NCBI GenBank assembly: GCA_963736195.1
Contig: CAVTNP010000001.1
Coordinates: forward strand, 1,638,016-1,702,015
Origin: Ignavibacteriota bacterium
Lineage (GTDB): Bacteria > Bacteroidota > Ignavibacteria > Palsa-1295
Length of the DNA: 64,000 nucleotides
Reading direction: 5' to 3'
Part shown: one piece after another, positions 40,137 through 49,908 of the stretch
Position numbering within the stretch: the first letter of the stretch is position 1
How the letters are laid out: each line of letters starts with the position of its first letter
Made by a program: the position numbers and the translations under genes
The notes under the pieces: generated by a model
What the model saw: the letters and a program-made list of their open reading frames with translations, nothing else
What the model was told of the DNA's origin: nothing
Database searches by the model: none

Positions 40137-43100
40137 ATGAGAAGACCTTTACTCGCAATATTTTTTTCAATTACTCTCCTGTCGGTCTCGACCCGATCTG
40201 GAGCACAGGTTTTAATTAATTATTGGAATTTCAATAACTTTACTGCGGTCGATACGTTTGGATCCGCTTTCAACCCTATCCCTTTGATCGATGCGGATTA
40301 TTCGGCGATCAATACCAAAAATGCCTACATCCAATATGCGTTCGATTCGGGCACAAGCGTTAAATCCGAGGATAGTTGCTGGATCGATGAAACCACCGGC
40401 TCGACAGTGAACGCACAGCAAGGAGCTGCAGCCGGTAATTGCCTGCGTGTTCGCAACCCAACCGATTTTACTGCGCTCGAGTTTTTTATTCCGACGACGA
40501 ACTTCAAGAACATTACCGTTTCTTATGCTTTGCAATCGTCGAGCGCTAAGAGTGGCCAGGCGGTCGAAGCCTTTGCCTATAGTGTGGATAGTGGCGTAAC
40601 TTGGAAAACTGCGAACCTCACAGTAAATGGCGCGGGCGTCGATACCCTCCTCGACACTCCCAGCGTTTACATCTCAGGTTTTGGACTCGTTACGATTGGC
40701 TTTGGCTCTGACACCACGGTTAACAATAATTCCAAGCTCGTTTTTAGGATCACATTTAAGTCTTATGGTACAGGGGCTATTACAGGGACGTCCGGAAACG
40801 CACGGCTTGACAACATAGCCGTGATGGGGAGCTATATCTATTCAGCAATCGTGATTTCATCCCCTCCCTCGGCTGATACGCTCTACGTTGGCCAGCAGAT
40901 CCCGATAATTTATCAGATTTTCGGAGGAGTATCCTCTACCCGCACAGTCAATTTATCCACAGATTCAGGCAAGACCTGGACTGAACTAGGCCTTTCAACC
41001 ACGGATACATTCACCTGGGTAGTAGCTAACAAAGCATCGAGTAATTGCTTTATCGAAGTCAATGACACGGTAAATGGATTGGTTGGAATAAGTCCACGGT
41101 TCGTAATTCATGCTCCGAAGATCGTCGTTTCAGCTCCTGCAGCGGGCATTTCCCTGTATGGTGGTCAACAACAGACAATATCTTATCTGCCCTCAGGCGC
41201 CATTTCGGCTACGCGAACTATTTACCTTTCTACGGACTCCGGTGTGACATGGAAGCAGATAGTATCCACTACGCAAACATCTTATACCTGGACCGCCCCT
41301 AATGCTAATTCCAATAACTGCTTCATCGAGATCGTCGACAGTAACGGCATCACCGGGGAAAGCGGCAGATTCAGTTTGCGCCCGCCTACCATTACCATCT
41401 CACAACCAAACGCTGGGCAAACCTTGATTTCTGCTACTTCAGTATTGATTTCCTACCTTACGTTTGGCGGCGTTACGGGTTTTCGAGCGATCGATTTCTC
41501 CTCTGATTCCGGTAAGACCTGGGCTCAAATCACAATTTCAACGGCTGATACATTTACTTGGACTATCCCAAGCATTAACTCCAACAACTGTTTCATCGAA
41601 GTGATCGATCAGAACGGTTTTATTGGCAAGAGTGGCCGGTTCGCAATTTCGATGACTGCTCCTCCTCCTCCGCCAACTAGTGAACTCATTCAATACTGGA
41701 ATTTCAACAACCTGGCCACGACAACGACCTATAAAGTACCTAATGTGCCACATATAGATGCTGATTATTCTTTACTCGATACCAGCAAGGCATTTCTCGA
41801 ATATTATCTCGAACCTGGAACCTCAAGTTCATATGGTTCAGCGAATGGCTCCGACAACCTTGATGGCGTTGCCAGTGCTGATACGTCGAACCTTCGCCTC
41901 GGTGCTTCCTCAGGGGATGGGCTCCGTGTTAGAAATCCAGTAGATTCGATCGAACTTCGCTGGCATATCCCATCGACGGGTTATAACAATCTCGTTATCA
42001 AATTTGCTGTCGAATCTTCGAGCACTGGAAGCGGCGATTCTACGCAGATATATTCCTACAGCACTGATGCAGGTGTAACCTGGAAATCGGCCAGCATTAC
42101 CGTCAATGGCGCAAATGTTGATACAATGAATACGACAAGCAACCCCCTGATGCAAGGTACAAACTGGGGTCTTGTGACTGTCACATTCGGAAGCGATTTA
42201 ACGGTTAACAACAATCCAAACCTCATTTTTAGAATTATCTTTAGCGGTAACACGCATCTGCTTAGCGGCAACAATCGCTTCGATGACTTTACGCTCGATG
42301 GCTCTCAAGGAGCCCCGCAGCCACCCCCTCCGCCACCACCGCCAATTCCTGATTCTATCACTGTTTCCACACCGGCTGCAGGTGATTCGCTTCTTTCTGG
42401 AACGCAGACAACCATTTCCTACACAGTCACAGCGACCACTAGCAAATCACGTTCTATCGACTATTCCACGAATGGAGGTACAAGCTGGATAAACATTACG
42501 ACCAACGACACCGCTCTTGCCTTCAATTGGATGGTGCCTGCAACACCTTCATCCAATGCATTAATCCGTATCAAGGATTCGAGTGGAGTTGTTGGGGTGA
42601 GCCGCCCATTCGTCATACTCGTTCCTGGCACTGTTGATAGCGTTTGGCTTTCGTCTTCGCCGGTCATAGCAGGGCTGCCCACGAACATAAGATGGACTGC
42701 AACCGGGTACCTTGGTAATTCATATACCATTAACGTATTTTATGATGGAGTGACCCCGAACTTTCTCACGAGTGGCACTGCGGCTGAGACAGGTGACTAC
42801 ATTTGGATGGTCCCGGCTGCAGCACTCGACTCTGTCTTTGTTCAGATCACGTTTGCGTCCGGATCGAGCAAGACTTCTGCGCCATTCAATATTGTCGTAC
42901 CAGCGGGTGTGTCCAGTGAGACTCCTGCTGGGGGAAGTTTCTCAGTTTGGCCAAATCCGTTTCAGACTCAGACAAAGATCCAATATCAACTTGCATCATC
43001 TTTGAATGTATCTTTTTCGGTTCATGATCTATTAGGACGTGAAATTGAAACCATTCAGGAAGGGATGCAATCTGTTGGAGAACATGAAATTGTGTTCGAT

Positions 43101-43187
43101 GGCTCAAATCTGCCCGCGGGTGTCTATCGATATGAATTAGTCGTCGGTAGTCAACGCCACCAAGGAGACTTGGTAATCATCCGATAA
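40137..43187 (+). CDS. giant modular secreted protein: 2 copies of the unnamed ~210-aa module, 5 Ig-like repeats, poly-Pro linkers, T9SS CTD
   Basis: Modules start LINYWNFNN / LIQYWNFNN and end GNARLDN / GNNRFDD. The repeats share the STDSGxTW...YTWTxPNxNSNNCFIE pattern. Linkers are PPPPP and PQPPPPPPPPIP. CTD is WPNPFQTQTKIQY...GVYRYELV. Confidence 0.85.
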   Translation: MRRPLLAIFFSITLLSVSTRSGAQVLINYWNFNNFTAVDTFGSAFNPIPLIDADYSAINTKNAYIQYAFDSGTSVKSEDSCWIDETTGSTVNAQQGAAAGNCLRVRNPTDFTALEFFIPTTNFKNITVSYALQSSSAKSGQAVEAFAYSVDSGVTWKTANLTVNGAGVDTLLDTPSVYISGFGLVTIGFGSDTTVNNNSKLVFRITFKSYGTGAITGTSGNARLDNIAVMGSYIYSAIVISSPPSADTLYVGQQIPIIYQIFGGVSSTRTVNLSTDSGKTWTELGLSTTDTFTWVVANKASSNCFIEVNDTVNGLVGISPRFVIHAPKIVVSAPAAGISLYGGQQQTISYLPSGAISATRTIYLSTDSGVTWKQIVSTTQTSYTWTAPNANSNNCFIEIVDSNGITGESGRFSLRPPTITISQPNAGQTLISATSVLISYLTFGGVTGFRAIDFSSDSGKTWAQITISTADTFTWTIPSINSNNCFIEVIDQNGFIGKSGRFAISMTAPPPPPTSELIQYWNFNNLATTTTYKVPNVPHIDADYSLLDTSKAFLEYYLEPGTSSSYGSANGSDNLDGVASADTSNLRLGASSGDGLRVRNPVDSIELRWHIPSTGYNNLVIKFAVESSSTGSGDSTQIYSYSTDAGVTWKSASITVNGANVDTMNTTSNPLMQGTNWGLVTVTFGSDLTVNNNPNLIFRIIFSGNTHLLSGNNRFDDFTLDGSQGAPQPPPPPPPPIPDSITVSTPAAGDSLLSGTQTTISYTVTATTSKSRSIDYSTNGGTSWINITTNDTALAFNWMVPATPSSNALIRIKDSSGVVGVSRPFVILVPGTVDSVWLSSSPVIAGLPTNIRWTATGYLGNSYTINVFYDGVTPNFLTSGTAAETGDYIWMVPAAALDSVFVQITFASGSSKTSAPFNIVVPAGVSSETPAGGSFSVWPNPFQTQTKIQYQLASSLNVSFSVHDLLGREIETIQEGMQSVGEHEIVFDGSNLPAGVYRYELVVGSQRHQGDLVIIR
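40845..41651 (+). repeat. three tandem ~270-bp (about 90-aa) intragenic repeats
   Basis: Residues 237-325, 326-415 and 416-505 of the 40137 protein align without gaps around SxDSGxTWxxI, TxTWxxPxxNSNNCFIExxDxNGxxGxSGRF. Confidence 0.8.
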
Positions 43188-43210
43188 GGAATTTATTCTT
43201 TTTAATCGCA

Positions 43211-43238
43211 AAGGCCCATCCAGTCGGATGGGCCTTTC
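43211..43238. terminator. hairpin terminator between convergent genes
   Basis: GGCCCATCC-AGTC-GGATGGGCC flanked by AA and TTT. Confidence 0.65.
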
Positions 43239-43269
43239 ATGTAGAACAATTCCGAACTCGCCGGCAAAG

Positions 43270-44493
43270 TTATTCAAAGCGCAACGCCTCGATCGGGTTC
43301 AGGCGCGCGGCTTTCATCGCGGGATACCAGCCGAAGAATATTCCCACCGCTGTTGCCGCCGCAAAGGATAAGGCAACCGCTTGGGAAGAAATGATCAGTC
43401 TCCAGCCATTTTGATTTGAAATGAAATCGCTCGCAATATATCCAAGGATCACGCCGATCACCCCTCCGAGAAGACTAAGCGTAACGGCCTCCGTAAGGAA
43501 TTGCGTCAGAATGATCGAGCGTTTAGCACCAATAGATTTTCGGATCCCGATCTCGCGCGTTCGTTCGGTTACGCTTACGAGCATGATGTTCATAATGCCG
43601 ATTCCACCTACCACGAGTGAGATTACCGCAGCCATTCGAAGCAGATCTGTAAGGGTTTGCGTGGATTGAGCGGCTGCTTGAGCCATTTCGACTTGAGAGC
43701 GTACACGGAAATCGTCCGATCCGGTTCCCGAAAGTTTGTGCTGAATGCGAAGAATGCGCGTCACATCCTGAATTGCAACTTCGGTCATGTCGGTCGAAAC
43801 TGTGCTCACGAAAATGTCCTCCAGCCATGTGATACCCATTAGTTTTCGCTGGACCGTGGTAAATGGCGCAAGTACATTATCGTCCTGATCCTGTCCGAAT
43901 GAGTTCGAACCTTTCTCCTTGAGCAGCCCTATCACAGTGAACGGGATATTGCCAATGCGAATAGACTGACCAACCGGATCGGCGCCTGCTCCGAATAAAT
44001 TATCAGCAACCGTTTTGCCAAGCAGGCAGACCTTTCGGCCCATCTTTGAGTCCGTTTCCGTGAACATTTCTCCGCTGCTTACCGCATAATTCCGAATGCT
44101 CATTATTTCAGGTGTCGAACCCGTGATGCGCGTCTGCCAATTGGAATTCCCGGCGACGACCTGAGCTCGTGTATCAACCGATGGAGCCACTGCCGACAAA
44201 AACGTTGACTCCCGAAGTGACTCCGCGTCCTTCTCGACGAGATGAACACTGCCCCCGGCGCCGGAAGAAATCCCTCCCATATTTGTCGGCCCTGGATCGA
44301 TCTGCAGCATGTTCGATCCCATAGAGTTGATCTGATTTGCGATGACCTGCTGGGCACCCTGACCGATGGCCGTCATAGTAATGACTGCCGCAACGCCAAT
44401 AATAATTCCGAGCATGGTAAGCAACGCCCGCGAGCGATTCGCTGCGAGCGATTGAAACGCCATCGCGAGGCTACTGACAAACTGCGTCCACAC
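43270..44493 (-). CDS. ABC transporter permease, MacB/FtsX-like
   Basis: N-terminal TM, large periplasmic domain and C-terminal FtsX-type 3-TM bundle (GIMNIMLVSVTERTREIGIRKSIGA). No ATPase or MFP gene is adjacent. Confidence 0.82.
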   Translation of the reverse strand: MWTQFVSSLAMAFQSLAANRSRALLTMLGIIIGVAAVITMTAIGQGAQQVIANQINSMGSNMLQIDPGPTNMGGISSGAGGSVHLVEKDAESLRESTFLSAVAPSVDTRAQVVAGNSNWQTRITGSTPEIMSIRNYAVSSGEMFTETDSKMGRKVCLLGKTVADNLFGAGADPVGQSIRIGNIPFTVIGLLKEKGSNSFGQDQDDNVLAPFTTVQRKLMGITWLEDIFVSTVSTDMTEVAIQDVTRILRIQHKLSGTGSDDFRVRSQVEMAQAAAQSTQTLTDLLRMAAVISLVVGGIGIMNIMLVSVTERTREIGIRKSIGAKRSIILTQFLTEAVTLSLLGGVIGVILGYIASDFISNQNGWRLIISSQAVALSFAAATAVGIFFGWYPAMKAARLNPIEALRFE

Positions 44494-44555
44494 CCAGAGA
44501 AAACAACTAAGAACGGGTAATCATCCGTTTTTTACAAGCAACGGATGAGAGGGCA

Positions 44556-45661
44556 CTAAGGCCAGGTAATATCGAGAGAATCACGCACTGTCGTCGGGTA
44601 AGTGGAAGCCGGGCAGGGGTCGTTATAATTTGCGCCATAATTTCGCGCATATTCTTTCATCAACACTTTCCCACTCTTCATGATGCTTATTACGACAAAG
44701 CCAAAGTTCCGGTAATTTCCAGCTGTTGTTTCTAACGAGCTACCGCCATTACCCGAGATGATCTGCCATGTCTTGCCGGTCGTTCCTTGCATGGGGGGCT
44801 GAAATACATGGTTGTGAGCTGTAATCATTGCCTCGACCTGATTGGTGTTGAATAGGTTCCACAACGAATCGCGATTGCTGATGGTAAGGCCGTCCGTTGT
44901 ACCATCATCCCAGGAATAGGCTGGCTTATGTCCGATTGCAAAAATATGTTTTTGTCCCCTGGCACGCGAGGACGCCATGTCCGTCGCTGCCCAGTTGACC
45001 GGGACTGTTGCATCTGCGCCGACAGGGTCAGTATTGAACAGAATGAAGTGGGAGTCTCGGTAATCGAACGAATAGGTGAGCCGACTCTGATCGGTTTGGA
45101 GATGATCGGCCCCCCCGGACCCGGTCCATTGCTACCTGCAAGATACGCGGACATGTTATTCAACCACGCCTGTTCGGCCTCCGGGAATGATACGCCATTG
45201 ACCCCTCCCTGCGTTTCATGATTTCCAGGTGTTGCGATTAATCGAATACTCGAACCGGCAATAGGAGAGCTTTGGTAATGCCGTATCCACGCTCGAAGCT
45301 CCTGCCCTACGACTGCGGAATCGACGGACGCGGAAGGATCGGAGCCCTTTCCGAGTATCAGATCACCGCAAATGAACATAATATTTGGTTGTGGATTAAG
45401 CGCCATGATGTCAGCAAAGGTGCGGTCGAGTTGGGGGGTATTTGCGGTGCCGGGATATAGTTGACCATTGGTATCGCCTGCACTCAGACGGTTGCATCCG
45501 AAGACAGCAAATGAATACAACACGGAATCGGAAGTCGTTGGGTTACCATTTTTGGTTGTATCAACTGCAGTTGACGTTGATGGAGCGTCGTGGTGGCAGC
45601 TAATCCCAATCGTCATTGCGATGCCTACGATCAGAGCTTTACTAATATTTGTCTTTTTCAT
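44556..45661 (-). pseudogene. metallophosphoesterase lipoprotein gene interrupted by a frameshift at a G7 tract
   Basis: ORF 44825..45661 (signal, GCNRL, GNHE) leaves the frame after GPGPGGP. The reading that matches the upstream paralog (ADHLQTDQSRLTYSFDYRDSHF...GHKPAY...) continues in the frame of ORF 44556..44978. Eight G instead of seven would fuse the two. Confidence 0.75.
45110..45116. repeat. C7/G7 homopolymer at the frameshift site
   Basis: GGC CCCCCC GG is read directly on the plus strand; the coding strand carries G7. Confidence 0.95.
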
Positions 45662-45664
45662 GAA

Positions 45665-46720
45665 TTAATCTTTCCAAGTAATATCAAGAGAATCTCGAAG
45701 TGTTGTGGGATATTTCGATGCAGGACAGGCTGCAGCATATCCCTCGGCAGGGACAGCATGGCCATAACTCTTTAGAATGACCTTGCCACTCTTGAGGATG
45801 CTCACTAATATGAATCCAAAATATTGTTTGTTTGGCGGTAACGTTTTGTCGAGCGGCGTACCCCCGTTTCCTGAAATGATCATCCAGGTCTTTGCATGAT
45901 GTGGCTGGAACCCATCAAAGACGTGGATATGAGATCCGATCATTGCTTCCGCATGATTGGTTTCCAGCGCATCCCAAAGCTCGCTTCGGTTGCCAGCAGC
46001 CAAAGCCATGCTCCCTTGATACCCGAACGCAGGTTTGTGTCCGATCGCGAAAAGATGCTTTGCGCCATTTTTACGAGCGTTTGCAAGATCATTCGCGATC
46101 CAATGCACTGGAACATGCGCATCCTGACCCACCGGGTCGGTGTTCATGAGCACGAAGTGGGAATCATTCAGATCGAAGGAGTAGGTGAGCCTGCTTTGAT
46201 CTGTGGCTAAACTGTCCGGACCTCCTGCATGCGGGCCATCATTGCCATTGAGGAGCGGTGTCATTGTCCTCAACCACACACGTTCTGCATCGGGAGATGG
46301 TACTTTTCCGTCGGCGCTATCAACCTCTGTCTCATGATTGCCCGGGATCGCGACAAATTTAATTCCTGCTTTTACAGCGGGCGAAGCTTCCACATGATCT
46401 CGCCATAATGTGAATGCCTTCGCAAGCTTTACCGTATCATGTTCATAACCAAAGATCTCATCGCCATTGAAAAAGATGCATGATGGTTTCGGAATAAGCG
46501 TAGCAGCTTCTTCAAGCGTTCGATCCAGTTCAGCCCAATTCACCCCGGCAGGATTTGTTGCCGAGTTGGTATCGGCCTTATCGACACGGCAGTCGCCCAG
46601 CACGACGAAGGAGTATTGGACGGGATCGTCCGCAGGCTTATTTGAACAGGAGGTAACTGTCCATGGGATCATCAGGGCAATGACCGCGATTAATTTTTTA
46701 TTTTGATACAGATTGGACAT
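45665..46720 (-). CDS. metallophosphoesterase (calcineurin-like) lipoprotein
   Basis: Lipobox VTSC. Metallophosphatase motifs LGDCRVD, FNGDEIF, GNHE, GHKP, GSHIH. Start set to ATG 46720. Intact tandem paralog of the downstream gene. Confidence 0.82.
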   Translation of the reverse strand: MSNLYQNKKLIAVIALMIPWTVTSCSNKPADDPVQYSFVVLGDCRVDKADTNSATNPAGVNWAELDRTLEEAATLIPKPSCIFFNGDEIFGYEHDTVKLAKAFTLWRDHVEASPAVKAGIKFVAIPGNHETEVDSADGKVPSPDAERVWLRTMTPLLNGNDGPHAGGPDSLATDQSRLTYSFDLNDSHFVLMNTDPVGQDAHVPVHWIANDLANARKNGAKHLFAIGHKPAFGYQGSMALAAGNRSELWDALETNHAEAMIGSHIHVFDGFQPHHAKTWMIISGNGGTPLDKTLPPNKQYFGFILVSILKSGKVILKSYGHAVPAEGYAAACPASKYPTTLRDSLDITWKD

Positions 46721-46980
46721 GGAATTTCGCTCTTTTTTGGCTCGGTGCGTCCTACATTGTCGAAAGTATTTCAGCAGTTGGTTGGCAAACACAAATTATC
46801 TGTCGAAGGATGTTACGGAATGATTAAATATGGAGGTATTGGAGGAGCTTTTACGAACGTAGTGATGGGATGGGTCGTTTTTTACGCATAGCTTAAAACT
46901 TAAATAATTTTTTATATGCGGGTCATCAATGAACATCGGTCATTGCTGCATACCGTTCGTTACATTTCATAGACGCTTTC

Positions 46981-47961
46981 ATGAACTTCAAGAAGTTACT
47001 TGTCCTTACCGCCGCAACATCGATGCTGGCAGCGTGCTCAAAAAATTCCCCGACAGGAACCACGCCGGATACGACAGTAACAAAACAGCCGCCGAAGGAT
47101 ACCGTGGCAGTCGCCAATTGGGGGCTTCCACTAGCAGATACAAATATCTTTCACACTGGAACTCAAGTTGGCAGGTACACCTCGAGTTCGCTGAGCGCTG
47201 TCTCGGGGATGGCCGCCAGCAGAGCCTATCCCGGAATGTTCTGGCTCGAGAATGACCAGGGAGATCCCAATGCAGCTATTTACCTCGTCGATTCCAGTGG
47301 AACTATGCGCGCGGACTATGCCGTGACCGGCGCATCCAATCGAGATTGGACGGATATGACTATTGGCCCTGGCCCAGGCGCAGACACCACATACGTGTAT
47401 GTTGCCGATATCGGCGACAGCCCGGGGGATCATCCTTATTCTATCGTCTATCGGTTTCCGGAACCCACTATGCCTCTCGGAACAGGAGTGCTTGCTGCGA
47501 ATACAGCACATGCGGATCAAATTCGTTACAAGTATCCCGATGGTCCACGCGATGCTGAGACTATCCTAATCGACCCTCAATCGAAAGATCTCTACATCGT
47601 GGATAAGGGTTTCAATGGGAACCTCTATGAACTTCCATACCCGCAAAGCACCGATACAATCATCACTGCAACGGCAGTACTCCAAAATTTGCATTTTGGT
47701 CCATGGCGATGCGGAGCGATCGGTACAAATCGCCGAGATCTTATTCTGAAGGGATATACTGCCATGATGTATTGGCCTATCAGTCCGAACGAAAGCATTT
47801 TGGATGTTCTGCTTTCACAACCCGTCTATCTATCGCTTTCTGGCATTAATGAGCCTCAGGGCGAAGCGATGTGCCTTGCGACCAACGATAGCGCCATTTG
47901 GACGACCAGCAAATTCGATAATCTCCCCTACGCGAATCTCGACCGATTTCTTCGGAAGTAA
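46981..47961 (+). CDS. lipoprotein of unknown function
   Basis: Lipobox LAACS. No motif I can assign; blocks such as YVADIGD and LYIVDKG hint at a beta-propeller-like fold. Confidence 0.6.
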   Translation: MNFKKLLVLTAATSMLAACSKNSPTGTTPDTTVTKQPPKDTVAVANWGLPLADTNIFHTGTQVGRYTSSSLSAVSGMAASRAYPGMFWLENDQGDPNAAIYLVDSSGTMRADYAVTGASNRDWTDMTIGPGPGADTTYVYVADIGDSPGDHPYSIVYRFPEPTMPLGTGVLAANTAHADQIRYKYPDGPRDAETILIDPQSKDLYIVDKGFNGNLYELPYPQSTDTIITATAVLQNLHFGPWRCGAIGTNRRDLILKGYTAMMYWPISPNESILDVLLSQPVYLSLSGINEPQGEAMCLATNDSAIWTTSKFDNLPYANLDRFLRK

Positions 47962-48110
47962 TTATTGCTGGTTCCTGGAACCATCGGGGATGCTACGCGT
48001 GCAGTCCCTTTTCCATACGGGCATTTTCGAGTGTTCTCCAACTAATCGCGGTTAGGTGGCTGACAGGAAGTGATAACCCTGTTCCGAGCTGGTTTGAGGG
48101 TTTCAAACAT

Positions 48111-48187
48111 TTAGCTCATCCTATTAGCTCATCCTATTAGCTCATCCTATTAGCTCATCCTATTAGCTCATCCTATTAGCTCATCCT
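48111..48187. repeat. perfect 13-bp tandem repeat, about 5.9 copies (TTAGCTCATCCTA)
   Basis: Five complete identical units plus a 12-nt partial unit, read directly. Intergenic, between convergent genes. Confidence 0.97.
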
Positions 48188-48257
48188 GGGCTGGTGCACA
48201 CGAGGCGTTATGTCTGGTTGATTTTCCATTCATTCTAGTGCACATAGTATCTATAAT

Positions 48258-48295
48258 AGCAAAATGCCGAGTGACCTAATGGTCACTCGGCATTT
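48258..48295 (-). terminator. intrinsic terminator of the 48314..49831 gene
   Basis: On the minus strand, AAATGCCGAGTGACC-ATTA-GGTCACTCGGCATTT is followed by TTGCTATT. Confidence 0.7.
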
Positions 48296-48313
48296 AAATT
48301 CACTTAGAACGAG

Positions 48314-49831
48314 TTACTGCTGGTTTCCTGAACCGTTCGATTGGTACGCACCGAAATCCGCACCGAGTCCATTTGGAGTATCAGCGCCGAAGAGGTTGGT
48401 CTTACCTCCTACGACCTGACCTTTGATGGAGGTTATTGCATTCATGGGGATCTTCACCCCGGTCGGAAGTGCAGCTTGCGTTCCTGAAGCAGTGTAGGCT
48501 TTTCCGATAGCAGGCGAACCCGCTGACAGCCGGAAATTGCTGCTAAACGGCGTAGCACCGCCGAAGGTGGCAAGGTCACTGAAACGAGCGCCTGGGGTGC
48601 CATTCAGCGTAGGATTCTGACCAATGGCATCCGTGGTGGTCATCACAAGCTCACGAGGATCCATAGCACTAAATGCGATCGGGAAAGTATAGTGGCTTGC
48701 CGTCACTGCGGTAACGTCATAACCGACGAACTTAGGATCGTTTGAGCCAGCAGCACCATGAACATCACCTGGATGTGGCCATTCACAGCTTACACCATCA
48801 TTGACAAATCCAGGATAGCCAGGATAGAACCAATCTACAACCGAATCGGTAAGGCCATAATACCAGTTGTAACCATAGTACGTGTGCAACGTGTCAGCAA
48901 GCGGGCTGCTTACAAGTCGGAACCCGGTACGGCAGTTGATGAACATATTATTGAAAACCGTACCTTCTGCGCCATCCTCGACATCGATCGAGCCGGCACG
49001 GCCGGTACCGACATAACGCCATCCGTCGCAGACAATTGTATTGTTATAGATGTTGGCATTGCATTGTGCGCCACCTTTATCAGCTTCCTTTGGTCCATTC
49101 GTACAATTGCCGATGAATACGTTATACGCAACGTCACCCACGGTTCCGCTCTTCATATTGAAGCCGTCGCCACTTGTTGTAGAACCAGCTTCGAACACAT
49201 TGCGAAAAATACTGACATTGCCGGCAGATGTTCGTACCGGGTCGTCTGTACCACCGGTATACACGCAATCTTCCATAATAAAGTTGGCACTGGCATTCTG
49301 GAAATATGTTCCATAAGCGACTTTCTTTCCTGCTCCGACAGCCGTTCCTGCTCCGCCAAAATAAGCGATATGTGTCCATTTCAAGATCAAATCACCGGAG
49401 TTAACATCGCATTGAATTCCGCCCCAAAGCCCAAGCTGAAGATTGGCCAATGTACGATATGACGGAGGAACCGTCATATAGATCGGAAGCGTCGATGTAC
49501 CATCGCTGATGAGCGTTCCACCTCCCGTAAGAATGAACTCAGGATAAGCATTGGTTTGGGGAATAACGATGATCGTGGTACCCGCTTGAATGTAAAGCGT
49601 GTCGTTATTATTAATTGTCACGTCGCCGGTCATGTAGTAGGTTTTTCCAGATGTAAGATAACCTTTGAGATTTCCCATAAGAGTATCTCCGGTAATCTGG
49701 GTGCCCGGCGTCGGAAGCGGAGTGGAGACATGTACGGGGCTGGATGAACTGCTGCAAGAATTGAGCACTAAAAGGGCCATCAGCGGTAACGCCGTTATGC
49801 CCAGTAATGTACGAATAGTTCGATGTTTCAT
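48314..49831 (-). CDS. surface lipoprotein with probable right-handed parallel beta-helix repeats
   Basis: Lipobox LNSCSSSSS. Repeated short N/G-rich rungs (IYNNTIVCDG, VFNNMFINCRTG, IFRNVFEAGS). Lies immediately downstream of the TonB-dependent receptor. Confidence 0.6.
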   Translation of the reverse strand: MKHRTIRTLLGITALPLMALLVLNSCSSSSSPVHVSTPLPTPGTQITGDTLMGNLKGYLTSGKTYYMTGDVTINNNDTLYIQAGTTIIVIPQTNAYPEFILTGGGTLISDGTSTLPIYMTVPPSYRTLANLQLGLWGGIQCDVNSGDLILKWTHIAYFGGAGTAVGAGKKVAYGTYFQNASANFIMEDCVYTGGTDDPVRTSAGNVSIFRNVFEAGSTTSGDGFNMKSGTVGDVAYNVFIGNCTNGPKEADKGGAQCNANIYNNTIVCDGWRYVGTGRAGSIDVEDGAEGTVFNNMFINCRTGFRLVSSPLADTLHTYYGYNWYYGLTDSVVDWFYPGYPGFVNDGVSCEWPHPGDVHGAAGSNDPKFVGYDVTAVTASHYTFPIAFSAMDPRELVMTTTDAIGQNPTLNGTPGARFSDLATFGGATPFSSNFRLSAGSPAIGKAYTASGTQAALPTGVKIPMNAITSIKGQVVGGKTNLFGADTPNGLGADFGAYQSNGSGNQQ

Positions 49832-49908
49832 AATGGATTGGTTTGAATTGAGTTTGAGTGTTGGTTAAAATAGTTTTGGATGATGGATCATCCTGGTTCC
49901 TGTTGTGG

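Noticed and set aside
48111-48187. Possible CRISPR array
   Set aside because: The units are 13 bp and directly abutting, with no spacers, and no cas genes are nearby. It is a simple tandem repeat.
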